Below are positions 1 through 21,245 of a DNA stretch of 64,000 nucleotides, piece by piece. Source of the DNA: Eledone cirrhosa (Eukaryota); NCBI GenBank assembly GCA_964016885.1, contig OZ024740.1, positions 281,852,001-281,916,000 on the forward strand. The letters run 5' to 3'. How positions within the stretch are numbered: position 1 is the first letter of the stretch; each line of letters begins with the position of its first letter. The translations under genes were made by a program, and so were the position numbers. Below the pieces are notes generated by a model. It saw nothing but the letters and a program-made list of their open reading frames with translations. It had not been told where the DNA came from and made no database searches.

Positions 1-81
1 GGATCTGAATGTCTACAGCTAGTACAAAAGTATACTAATGTTAATGCCTTTCTTATTGATGGACCATCTTCTTTATGGAAG
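1..81 (+). CDS. CRPPA: ISPD/CRPPA paralog A, exon 5 (truncated by window start)
   Basis: Translates GSECLQLVQKYTNVNAFLIDGPSSLWK then AAG|GTAATT. Homologous to 40443-40544. Confidence 0.92.
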
Positions 82-1122
82 GTAATTTTATTTATTTTCT
101 CTTTTATTGTATGAATCTTGAGTAATGATTGAAAGAATACAATCACAAATACAAGTAGCCAAAATGGGGTTCCTCCAATGGGTTTTTGGAGTAACGTTAC
201 TGGATAATGTATAAATCAAATGTAAGATTAATACGAACTGTTGTAAATAACAGCATGGCTAGAAAATAAAATATTTCTTAATCATGCAAATAATATTACA
301 ATAAACTTGATGTTACTTGATTGATAGATATGTTAGTATCTCCAAGTATTCTATGGCCAAATGTACCTGAAATATCTGGGCACTATTGAATCCTTTATTT
401 TTGTCAGTTGTGAAGAACTTGAGCTGTTTCCACAGTTCTAATGAAAAATGTAGTATTTTCCAACTATTCTCGAGTTACTAAATTTATTAAAAGTAATTTT
501 ATAGAGAAATGTATAGTTATTTCTCATCCTTTAATTTTTCTTTTCTCTCAACTCTGTCATTCCTGGATGACAGAGTTGTTGGAACGTTTACTTTAACTTT
601 AGTTTTCAATCACTGGTTGAACCAAAAGATTGTATGGAGTAAGTGGTTATGGGCATTGATCATTTGCTAGGTCTTGAGAAAGGAGCTATGCTCATGACCT
701 TTACAGGGCCTTCGCAACCATTGATATTGAAATTGTTTTATCAGATATAAGTATATGTAGATTCACTGTAGATACAGCTAATTCATACAATCACAGACAT
801 TAACTAGGATTTTTTTCAACACACTGGCGCATATGTGTGTGTATGTGCATATGCACACATTTATATGTATGAGAGTATAAATATAAACATGCACACACAG
901 CATAGCAAATGGAATGCCAGCCGCTGATTTTTCACCATTCCCTTCCTTACTTTTACATACACAAACACACACACATTGTCTGATGGACAGACGGAAGTCG
1001 CTCAAATTTATATATAGATAAAAATGATGATGATAACAGCAATGATTCTTAGTTTATCTTTCAGAATGTAAATTCAGTTTAATAAATCAACTACTTGTTA
1101 ACTTAGAAGTCTTATTTTTTAG

Positions 1123-1168
1123 GTGACGTATAGAAAAGATTTGTATACAGCAGAAGGAACACTGAAAG
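1123..1168 (+). CDS. CRPPA: ISPD/CRPPA paralog A, exon 6
   Basis: TTTTTTAG acceptor and G|GTACT donor, 46 nt. Translates VTYRKDLYTAEGTLK. Confidence 0.93.
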
Positions 1169-2339
1169 GTACTCTTTTAATTTTTTTTACTATTTTCTCT
1201 TATCCTACTATGTTTATTTGCATGAATACTTGGTCCTGTAACTCCTGAGGGAGTCAAAGAAGTGCCATATTGATATACAGCATTTCTTGGGCACTTTAAA
1301 ACCTGGCAGAGCCCATCTCTTCAGGCCTGATTACAGCAGATTTCTTCCAGAGAAGAATAGAGAGTGAGAAAATGGAAGTGCGAAAGAGATATAGAGGGAA
1401 AATCGACCCGAAAAGATGAAAGGCAAAGTTGACCTCGGCGAGATTTGAACTTAAAGAGCAGAGAGCCGGAACAAATACTGCAAAGCACTCTATCCGACAT
1501 TCTAATAACTCTGTAAATTTGCCACCCTTAATCTGCTTATTTACTTATGTTTAAAAAAAAAACTACAATTAGTCAATTTTTTTTGAAAGCTAAATACTGG
1601 TTTTTGGTACATAATGAATCAAAGTGTGTAGAAGAAACTAACATGAGAAAAGTAACTATTTATTTTATAGTCTCAAATCTAGAAAGAAAGTGAAACACTA
1701 AATTTGGTTTACAAGTTTTTGTGAAGCCCATTCACAGCTATTTATATCCAACTGGCCTACTTATAAGGATTGAAGTGACAACCATTGATTCTACTCTTTT
1801 TTTTTTTCCTATCACTACTAAAACCACATCAAATCATCAATCAACTGAAGTCAACTGCAAACATCAACTTAGAGATGCTCAAACTGAATTTAAATCATAT
1901 TGATCTCACCAGTTTCAGAAGAGCTATAAAGAGTATGGACACTGCCCTACCACAAGACGGGAATTTCCAGGTCATTTTAAAAACTAAGATAATAGTACAT
2001 AAGATTTATTATCTCATTGATGACATGTTATATTGCTGATGGTAAACATTTAAATAACTTGATGGTAACAGAGAGTTTTATCTCTATTCAAAGTGGAACT
2101 ATTTTATGCATATATAAAAAATATATTGTATATTCGGAGAGTCATGCTGCCAATCAAAATTCATGTACTGGTTGTGTTTCTCTTCAGTTTTATTAATTAG
2201 ATAATTAACCCATCAATCTGTTGATGTAGCAACTAATTATTGATTTAATTTTCATGGATAGTTTACTTAATTAATTAGTTGATTACTCAACTGATTGATG
2301 GATTAATTACCTGATTAATCAAACTGAATACAAGTGGCC

Positions 2340-2707
2340 GAAATGGGATTACTCCAAAGAGTCTCTTGATAAAGTGCGTAACTTGGCGATCAGAGAGTCA
2401 CTCCAGGTAGAATTGCTACTTCAAATTGAGAGATCACAGCTCTGATACTAGGGCCATGTGGTTAGAATGTCTCAGGAAAGAATATCGCTGGACAGATTTT
2501 ACGGCGAAACCAACAGGTAGGAGACCCAGGGGTAGACCCTGAGCAAGATGGCTGAATAACATCCATGAGCTTGGATGGTCACGTTTGGGGATCCAGCTGG
2601 ATGAGTTGGAGATGTTTGCTTCTGACAGAACCTGCTGGAAGGCGTGTTTGAGGACTCTGACCCCATGACCCTCTCAGGAATATGTAGGTGAAGAAAAAGA
2701 AGAAGAA
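2340..2707 (+). mobile_element. RTE-type LINE 3' fragment, second family (also 29112-29475 + and 34398-34830 -)
   Basis: Three mutually similar copies encoding decayed ...PTGRRPRGRP.ARWLDNI..., with a (GAA)n-type tail here. Confidence 0.8.
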
Positions 2708-4296
2708 AACTAAAGTGAGATCAACCAGTGTATGTATTTTGATTGACAGCATGACCCTCTCATAATACAACAATATACATTTCAACACATGGTGTCACAT
2801 CAAGAATCTTGATATCATTTACACATTGATTAGTAAAAATTGAAGTGGAATTCTTTGTTAGGATTCTAATTATTTTACATTTTTAAAAGTTATTCTTAAT
2901 TTAATAAAAACATAGTCTTAAGTACACTTACATTCTCCAATTTAAATAGTTTTCTATTCCAAGAAAGATCTCAGTTGCCTTAAGATATTTCTTTTCCTCT
3001 GTGCAAATAAACTGTACATAATATAATTATAATCAACATGTCAACCAGAAATTACTGTTTACACTTCTGAGATGAATAATTTATAATTAATGCTCACTAA
3101 ATTATAAATTATTCATCTCAGAAGTGTAATCAGTACATTCTCTGATTATTACTACCAAACAATTCTCAAAACTATTAATCTTTTGTTTTTATATCTACAT
3201 ACACTGTAAATGTGGTTGGTGTTAGGAAGGGCATCCAACTGTAGAAAACCCGCCAGACAGTCCTATGCGAGCAAGACAACCACTCTTGCCTCAAGTGGGA
3301 AAACCCCCGTCCAAACCCATGCAAGCGTGGAACACGGACGCTAAACCTGATGATGATGATACACTATATTTTTATATTTTAAATAGTTTTGAGAATTGTT
3401 TGGTACTAATAATGAGAGAATGTACTGATTAATGCATTATGTCGATAAAAATACAGAAGATGAAATTAATGGTGTGATTAAAACATAGACATTCTCATAC
3501 TAAGTTGCTTACTGAAATAAACATAAAAATAACTTAACCCATTGAGAATTCTTTTTTTCTTGTGGCCTGGAAAGGGTGTTAGGCCTTCAAATATTTTTTT
3601 TCTCTATGTTCCTCTCATCCACCATTTGTTTCTCATGTTCATCTGTAAGGTTATGGGAACATATAAGTGATCATTTCCTTTACTTCTTCAAAACATCCTT
3701 CTCAATGGTTTTCAGCATTGGCAAAATCATGGCAAACACCTGCTAAAAATATCTGAAGTAACTGATAGAAATAAACAATCTCTAAGTTTATTATTTAAAG
3801 TTATATTTCCAAAGAAATGATATTGATCAATCTTTGTGAAACTTTAGTGGCGCTGCGTGGCCTAGTGGTAAAGGTGTTGGACTTACAATCCTAATCCTGT
3901 GGGTTCAATTCCTAGTCTGAGTTGTGAGATGTATTCTTGAGAAAAGCACTTCATTTCATATTACTCCAGTATACTCAGCTGGAAATAAGTGCCAGCAATA
4001 GCTGAGGGTTTTACCTTGTGATGGACAGGCATCCTGTTCTGAGAGAAGTCTTGTACTTTCAGTTGCTTAATGCCATGGAAACCAGGTTAAGCATAGACCA
4101 GATGAGCCTACAGGCTCGAGACAGACTTCAGTCAAACTTTAATGTAATAATTAGCAAATTAGAATAGATTTTTATATTACTTTTTAAGCAAATTTTTATG
4201 TAATGTTTATTTGTTTAGGTTTTTGGTGATTTGTTATTAAATAATAAGGCAAGATGAGATATTTTCACTAATATTTATTTACTTTCATTTCCACAG

Positions 4297-4385
4297 AAAA
4301 ATTTTTAAAAGTTGGATTAGTCAATATTCCTGATTTGAATTTAGTAGCAGCTTTAAAGGGACACCTAGTAGATCATCACATTGAA
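4297..4385 (+). CDS. CRPPA: ISPD/CRPPA paralog A, exon 7
   Basis: TTTCCACAG acceptor and GTAAGT donor, 89 nt. Translates (E)KFLKVGLVNIPDLNLVAALKGHLVDHHIE. Confidence 0.9.
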
Positions 4386-4403
4386 GTAAGTAATTTTTAT
4401 ATG

Positions 4404-4632
4404 TTAACCTTTTAGCGTTTAAACCTGCCGTATCTGGCCAGAATTCTCTGATCTCTTTCTGTTCAAACCAGTTGTAACTGGCTGCTCATACTGACATTAA
4501 GGTATTGTTCTCCAAATAAATAACATAAAAATATCATAGATTCAATATTATGTGAGATAATTATGTAAGATAAAGCTTTTGCCACAAAAATACAATAGTA
4601 TATATAGAGGAATGTAAATACTAAAGGGTTAA
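4404..4632. mobile_element. piggyBac-like MITE (copies ~25454-25930 with nested SINE, 46796-47010, 54548-54777)
   Basis: Termini TTAA|CC(C/T)TTTAGC...CTAAAGGG|TTAA, with shared internal sequence among the four copies. Confidence 0.8.
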
Positions 4633-4639
4633 CCGAACA

Positions 4640-5230
4640 TTCTTGATCCAGGGTCTTGAAATCACTCAGGGAGGAGGAACTCCTCCCTGGACACCTTCCA
4701 CCGACCTCTGTCCCTTGCCAGTCTTGGCCATGAGGATCCCAGGTGGTTGGTAAATTTGTCTCGCCATCTTGCCCTTGGCTGTCTTTTTGATCTTGTCCAT
4801 TTTCTTGGTGTCCACTCTGACCTCTGCTCGTCCATCTGTTGTCACTGAGTCGCCAGATGTGGCCAGCCTATCTGTGTTTGTTCGTCTTGATGGTTGTTAT
4901 TGTGTCGCTGACTCCAGTTTGGTGTCAGATCCAAGTGTTCTTCTTGTCACAAAGAGTGATACCCAACATAATGCGCTCCATCTTCACTGGGTGACATTGA
5001 GTATGTTCTTCATGGTGTTATTCAGCACCCAGGTCTCACTGCCATACATCATCACTAACAAGATGTGCTTGTTGAAGATTTTCTGCTTTATTCTCATGGT
5101 GGCCTTGGGACTCTTCATGATGTTATATATACCTTTCCGAAGGCCACCCATCCAAGAGGAATTCTTCTCTTGATCTCCAGGAGAAGATCGCCAGCCTTTG
5201 TCACCATCTTCCCTAAGTAAACCGAACATT
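4640..5230 (-). mobile_element. RTE-type LINE 3' fragment
   Basis: Contains KQKIFNKHILLVMMYGSETWVLN and a downstream W.GH..R / GR W-type region. Confidence 0.75.
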
Positions 5231-6573
5231 GTAGAATGTAATATTCTACCATTTATACTTCTTTAGTCTCTTGGATGAGATAATCGTAATTGTGAGAGAA
5301 AATATACTAATTGGGATTTATATTGTGATTTTCATTATATTTGCTAATTATTAGTAACAGTTTGTGAAGACACATGACTTAGTGGTTAGAGGGTTGGGCT
5401 TGCAATCTAGAGGTTGTGAGTTTGATTGTTGGACCAGGTGATGCATTGTGTCCTTGAGCAAGACACTTTATTTCACATTGCTCCAGTTTACTCATTTGTA
5501 GAAATGAGTTGCAACATCATTGGTGCCAAGCTGTATCGGCCTTTGCCTTTTCCTTGGACAACATCAGTGGTGTCACATATATCCTAGCCATTAGAAAAAG
5601 CAAAAATGAATGCTTCACTTTCAAAAGAGGGAAGACTCAAGAAGAAGAAAAAGCAGGAGTTTTAAATTATTGAAATTATGATGGAATGTATTAAATTTTG
5701 ATTTCATTGTTCCTCTTTTCAATTTGATATCTTTTTATAAATGGTTTCATCATTATAAATTAATATTTGAATTCAGATTTCTTTTCCAAACATTGTTATA
5801 TAAATGTAAAGAATTCTCTATTCATGTTAACTAGAAGTTAACATGATGTACAGCTGTTCCACTTCACAAGGCTCCTTCCTCATGTACAACACTTCTCTCT
5901 TTTGGTAGAGGAAAATGGCAGTCTATGGATTAAGGACAACAGAATTCCCAACAGCAATTGTCACGAAATGAAATCTAACCATTAATACATTGTCTGCTCC
6001 GCTGAATTACAGGGGAACGTTGGCATCTATGGCCAAACTAATAAGGCTGGCTCAGAAGAATGTTGCACAACACATGGCATCCCAGATGCATGACTTACCC
6101 CCTCTCAAATGGGAGAAGTATTATGTCTTCTGAATGCTTGCTATTGTAATGGTAAAGATAAGTTGTGATGGGAACTCTGCAGCATTGAGTCTCTTTTTAA
6201 TCATTTAGTGTCGCATGGTATTAGGACAACAAGATGCAGTGTCTTATATACATGGAAACCAAGATTCAGATCAACTTTGATGTGTGTGAAAGTCCTTGAG
6301 AAGAGGGTAGGTACTGTATTGAGCCAAGCACTGCTTTTTGATTGTGAGGCAATCTGAAAGTAAGATGGTTTTACTTGAGGGAAGATTTGGCCATGTTGAT
6401 GTATTTCATATACCTCAATTATATGTATCTGTGTCAGCATCTTTTCAGTTAAGGAGATAACTTGGTGATGTTTGTTGAAGTTACTTTAGAATGTCTTATG
6501 GGTGTATTAGTTTTTAATTTAATTAATTTTATTGGGTGAATTTATAAAAATAAATTTCCATTGTTTTTGACAG

Positions 6574-6858
6574 GTTTGCACATTAGACTCTGCTGACCAG
6601 CTCCCAAAGCAACTAACTAGTGTAGTACTCAGCCAGTCGACTGTGAACTTAGACGAACTTCTTGAAACAACTGAGGAACTTGCACAAGTATGGACAGAAG
6701 AGGCTGGACGATTTATTGCTGGAGGCACAGTGATTTATTTGTTTCATACCTCTGAAGAAGAATGTTTTTCTGATGTTTGGGACCAACTACAGAAATCAGC
6801 AGAAACCCTGGCTGACAATTTCAAAGATAATATTTCTCCAATTTTCATTTTAACAAAG
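6574..6858 (+). CDS. CRPPA: ISPD/CRPPA paralog A, exon 8
   Basis: TTGACAG acceptor and AAG|GTATGA donor, 285 nt open frame VCTLDSADQLPKQLTSVV...NISPIFILTK. Confidence 0.9.
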
Positions 6859-7029
6859 GTATGACTTGTCTTTCCTTTAATAATTATATTTTGAAAGAAA
6901 AAATCTTGAAAATATTTATTTATATGCTTTTTTTTTGTGTTAATTCCCCCTATCTCTGTCTCTCCATTACAAGAGATTGATAAATGAAGAGAATAAATAG
7001 ATGAATGAGGGCCTACCCTATATAAATTC

Positions 7030-7900
7030 AACTGATGGACAAGCCATAAAAGTTGATACCTGCATGATAGACAATGCTTTAAGGATATGAAGGTAGAAAA
7101 GTAGCCGGACGTAGAAAAACCCATCTGGTATGGTAGGTTACAAGAAAGGGTTATAGCACAATTAATTAGTGACAGAATCAAGCTAGATAAGATGCAGTTC
7201 AGCTTTATGCCAGGTAGGGGTACTACTGATGCCCTTGTTCTTGTGAGATAACAGCAGGAGGAGCCTCAGTAATCTGACAGGCACTAAGACAAATGGCTTG
7301 TGAGGACCATATGAGCCAGATCTAGATGTGCAACTAGCAAGGTGAAAGTTGGCAATGAGTTGGGGTCTGCCAGGACTCAATCCTCAGTCTACTTCTGTTT
7401 ATCCTTGTCTTTCAGGCCATAACTTAAAGAGTTTCAGACGGACACTCTATGTAAATCTCTGTATGCTGATAATCTAGTTGTTTTCTAACAAAGTGAAGAG
7501 TAGATTATAATACCTGTGTGTGAACTGCAATGCTACATGTCAGTGAGATATGGACCTTGACTGCTGAAGGCCTGTGAATGCTACATGGCAGTGAGATATG
7601 GACCTTGACTGCTGAAGGCCTGTGAATGCTACATGGCAGTGAGATATGGACCTTGACTGCTGAAGGTCTGTGAATGCTACATGGCAATGAGATATGGACC
7701 TTGACTGCTGAAGGTCTGTGAATGCTAGAAAAATGGAAGCGAGTATGCACTGACAGATGTGTAATGTGTGCGCATGAATGACATAGCAGAATTGAGTTAA
7801 GAGAAAATCTTGGCATAAAAGAACTTGGGTGTATTAAGCAATGGAGATATTAAAGGACCACAAGGATTACTGACATGCTGTACTGGTGAAGATCTAGCTA
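7030..7900 (+). mobile_element. Decayed RTE fragment with internal tandem repeat (a related fragment lies at ~9090-9600 on the minus strand)
   Basis: Residual MQFSFMPGR.TTDA and LYADNLV motifs. Confidence 0.65.
7530..7727 (+). repeat. 48-bp tandem repeat x4 derived from RTE coding sequence
   Basis: Unit ATGCTACATGGCAGTGAGATATGGACCTTGACTGCTGAAGGCCTGTGA (MLHGSEIWTLTAEGL*). Confidence 0.95.
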
Positions 7901-8669
7901 TTAGCATAAAATGTGACCTGATCCATCCTTGTTTCTCTACCACACCTTTGTTATTCTCACCAACATTTTACACCTCCACTCTTAACACCAACATTATTCT
8001 GGTTCAGCCATCTCTCACTCACTCAATCTAGGTTTCCCCATTTTAAAATCCTGGCACACCAGTCATACCCCAACTCATACTATAGTAGGGATCACCTCCT
8101 CTTCCCCTTTAGTAGCTGTTACCATCACAGTACTTCCCATGCTATCCGAGATCATCCCCTCCTACTCACTACCCTGTTTATTCACATGACCCCCACCACA
8201 CTTGTCATATACCCATGATATAATTCTTATCCTCCCCTCCCCTTCCGTCTGATAGAAAGAGCTCTTCAGTTGAGTCAATGACTAAAAACCTCCCTAGTGC
8301 TGGTGCCATGAAAAATTCACCCCATGCATCCTGTATACAGGTTGATGATACAAATGGCATCCCACTGTAGAAATTTTGCCAAACAAAGGGTTGGGAGGAT
8401 TCTTCAGTGGTAGCCAAAATATGATTCCTTGAGCTAGTGCCACAATAAAATGTACTTGGTAGAGCGCAAAAACATATATGAGATCAGTCTTTGATAGGCT
8501 GTCCAACCTATCGGATATTAAATGATGATGATGATGATGATGATATACAATATATATATATGTGAGTGTATAGACATGGCATCATGAATGACCTGTTATT
8601 TTTCTCTAAAAACTTTTTTTTAGATTCCACCCCGCCCGTCCCTTCAATCTTTCTAATTTCTCATTCTTT

Positions 8670-8705
8670 GTTCTAATGAAGGACTAGCGTCCGAAACGTT
8701 AAGAC
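8670..8705 (+). ncRNA. Variant minimal hammerhead-like motif (second decayed copy at 46031-46080, minus)
   Basis: CTAATGA-A-GGAC tagc GTCC-GAAAC-GTTA. The core reads CTAATGA instead of CTGATGA. Confidence 0.5.
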
Positions 8706-9742
8706 CCTCTTCCTGCTATTTCAAGTGTTAACCTAATATATTCCTTCCATATACTGTACCAATTGTGTTGTTAATTCTGTTTACCTTCTACATATATATT
8801 TCTAAATCATCATCATCACTCAACATTTGTTTTCCCCGCCTGTAAGAGTTGGTTGTATGAATTATATTGAGACACCAACACTAGGGAGATTGTCATGTCT
8901 GACACAATTGAAGTGGCTGAGTGGCTGGATGCCTTTCCCATCACCAGTCACCTAACAGAGTGTAATGGGTGTATGTTTCATGGCACCATCACCAAGGAGG
9001 TTGTTGTGTTGTGACTGAATATTTCACAGGTTATACTCTGTGCACCATATGGAATTTCTGGCCACTTCACTGATGTTATTGTTGTTCCGTCATCTTTCCT
9101 ATTTATTAAGATTGCTAAATTTACTTTTAAGCCTTTCAAGTCTGGATTCTCCTTTTTTACCTCTGCTTCTCACACAAATTTAGCTATAATGACTAGATCA
9201 TCAGCATACAGAAGTTCATATGGTGTGCCAATCTTAATTTTTTCAGTTATAGCCTGTTATAAACAGAACTGGACTGATGATTGAGCCCTGGTGGAGCCTC
9301 ACTCGCACTGCAAATTCATCTCTGTTCTCATTGCCAACTCTCACCTTGCTGTTTGCATCTGTATATATGGCTTGCGTGCCCTTCATGAGCCATTTGTCTA
9401 TAGTTAATTTTCTTAGCAAACCACCAGATTATATAGCAGAGGACATTACCAAGGACCTTCTCCAGATCCAAAAATGTCAAGTACAGGAGCTTACCCTGAG
9501 CCTAGTTCTTTTCTTGCAATAATCTCATATGGAAATTTGCTGATTTGCATCTCATCTATCTTGATTCTGCTACTAATTAGTTGTAGTATGATGGAAAACA
9601 GATGTTAAATGATGATGATAATATATGCACACACACACACACACACATATTTATACAGACACATACTTATATGTATATATATATATATATACACATACAT
9701 ATATGTAAAATTGATTTTCATTTTTTCTTCTTCTTTTCACAG

Positions 9743-9835
9743 GATAACAAAAATGTTACAAGGATAGCAAAGATTGTGAAATCCCTTGTTTGGGAAATGT
9801 CTGATACATATGCAGGACAGGTATTCATTGCTTGA
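9743..9835 (+). CDS. CRPPA: ISPD/CRPPA paralog A, exon 9 (stop codon)
   Basis: Long polypyrimidine tract plus CAG. Translates DNKNVTRIAKIVKSLVWEMSDTYAGQVFIA*. Confidence 0.92.
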   Translation, partial: DNKNVTRIAKIVKSLVWEMSDTYAGQVFIA

Positions 9836-9967
9836 ACGTCCACTGTTATTCTTTAAAGACAGAAGCAAATCCGAAAGAAAACAGATATAAAGTAATTAAC
9901 ATTCACAACCGCTTTTGACTCAGTTCCCTTATTTCAGTATCAACAATAATCTGAAATATGAAGATAG

Positions 9968-9973
9968 AATAAA
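9968..9973 (+). promoter_or_regulatory. Candidate polyadenylation signal of paralog A
   Basis: First AATAAA after the stop codon. The hexamer is common in AT-rich DNA, so support is weak. Confidence 0.4.
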
Positions 9974-10987
9974 AGAGCTGAAATCTTTTGGTAAAAACCA
10001 TGTTTTTACATTATCAAAATCCTATTGATTCAACATCAATTTCATATACATTAAATGAGGTAAAAATTATTCTTTGCATAAATATGTTACTGTCATTGCA
10101 GCTTTTTACCTTTTTACTGTTAAAGTAGATCAGTGAAAAGGCCATACAATAGCAAATAATGTATATCTGACACATGTTTATTTCTAGTTGAAAGCAGAGT
10201 AGGAATATACATCCATGTACATTTATATGTGATTAACTGTTTGTGTTTGTTAGTGTGTGTGTGCATATATATACATATATATATATATCAAATTTAATAT
10301 AGAAGTGGCTTCTACAGGACTAGAAATCATCAGGAAAGCCAATGATTTCCTTCAAATGAAACAGTTCTAGTCCTCTAGAAGCCATTTCTATATTAAATTT
10401 GATATTTTCTCTCTACTAATATATTGAGTACCTTACATATTGTGGCAACTCCCAATTGAACCTGGGACTTGTATATATATATATATGGTGAGGCCAACAA
10501 CATTTGGACTCAATGCAGCCTTGAAGAAATGGTATCAATGGGATCAGGCGGTGAGTGCTATAGTTTTTGTAGTAGGCTCTCATCGCATAAGGTTCCCTCA
10601 AAGATTCTACTCAAGCCACACAGTAATTTATATAATATATATATGTGTGAGTGTATAGAGCAATAAAAATAAAATAAAAGTTGAAGATAGATTCTTAATT
10701 AGTTCATTGTTTTACAATCATGTCAGAGGGTTGATTGGTCATGGTAGATCGATATATTGACTAGCAGGTTGTGTTTATGTCATTACCTGCTAGTCAGCAT
10801 ATTGATCTTCTGAAACAATCGTAAAACAATAAACTAATTAAAAACCTATCTTTGACATTTGTTTTATTTTCATTGTTCAACAAACACACACACATATATA
10901 TGTGTGTGTGTATATATACACACATACACATACATACATATAAATGCACTCACACAAATATATATATATATATATATATATGTATAC

Positions 10988-11622
10988 TGAATACATATAA
11001 AAATGAGAAAACTCATTGTTAGAACAGCTGTTAAAACAGCTAAATAATGTCAAAGACAGTGATGGGCAAAAATGTCTCAGAGGACAGAGACCAGCAGCCA
11101 GTGGTCAACAGAGAGACAATCCACAAGGTGGGTGACAGGCAGATAAAATATAGAAAAGATTGAAAGAGGATGAGGACAAGGAGGAGGGCACTGGCACACA
11201 GAAGTGACTGGAAGCAGGATATAAAGAAAAGCGATGTACAAGACAAATTTCTGCGCACACACATCTTCAACCTCATCAGCTCTCAAACTAGCAAAATGGT
11301 TTTGCATGCATTTTTCTGGTTTGAAAGCTGATGAGGTTGAAGATATGTACGTGTAATGTAAACTTGTCTTATTCATTGTCTTTCTTTATTTATTTCTTCC
11401 AGTCACTTCTGTGTGGAGGTGCACATCTCCTTGTCCTCCACCTCCTCTTTCAATCTTTTTGATATTTCATCTGCCTGTCACCTTTGTGGATTGTCTCTCT
11501 GTTGACCACTGGCTGCTGGTCTCTGTCCTCTGAGACATTTTTTACCATCGCTGTCTTTGACATTATTTAGCTGTTTTAACAGCTGTTCTAGCAATGAGTT
11601 TACTCATTTTTATACGTATTCA
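10988..11622. repeat. ~630-bp imperfect inverted repeat (two ~310-bp arms, very short loop)
   Basis: Arms are reverse-complementary along their length and include an exact stretch of ~58 bp (AAAATGTCTCAGAGG...CCACAA). Confidence 0.95.
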
Positions 11623-12140
11623 ATCAAATACACTCTCGCTTCATCTCGATCAGAGACATTGTTTTAATTATATATATATACATATATGTCTTCTGCTGTT
11701 ATCAGTATACAAGGAATGTATGAATTTATATTCTTCTTATTTCATATCTTTCATGTCATTTTCTATGTGAATTTCTGATATGCTCATTGTTTTGTCTTGA
11801 ATTACATTGATGTTTTCCATGTCCTTTAGTATGCAATTGTTCATATCGCTTTATTCTATGTTAAAACTGGGAGATAATTAGCATCCTCCTTTGCCCAGGA
11901 CTGACAGCCATTTTGGTCATTTCCATACATATATTGCTTATTTTTTTTTAGCAATGTTGCTTTACACACTGCCATAAGATCAAGCATATTTGGGGTATGC
12001 CTGCTATTTGTCCAGCTCCGTCTCCCCCAATCTATCTATCAGTGTTGAACCTGTTAAGAGAGCAATCTCTTGTTAACAAAGCCTGAGGGATCACGGAAGG
12101 ACTCAAGTCTCTTCATTATATCATAGTTATGATCACATAG

Positions 12141-21245
<9,105 letters not shown>

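Noticed and set aside
5840-6480. Possible CRE-like non-LTR remnant (SSAWLNTVP)
   Set aside because: Only one short motif is recognisable. Too decayed to call without a profile search.
7530-7727. CRISPR-like or repeat-protein reading of the 48-bp array (and of the 40-bp array at 63702)
   Set aside because: Head-to-tail repeats without spacers, clearly derived from retroposon sequence in a eukaryotic genome.
1-9835. Paralog A as an assembly haplotig or allelic duplicate of paralog B
   Set aside because: Exon identity is only about 53-73% at protein level, exon lengths differ by in-frame indels, and the introns are unrelated. That is far beyond allelic divergence.
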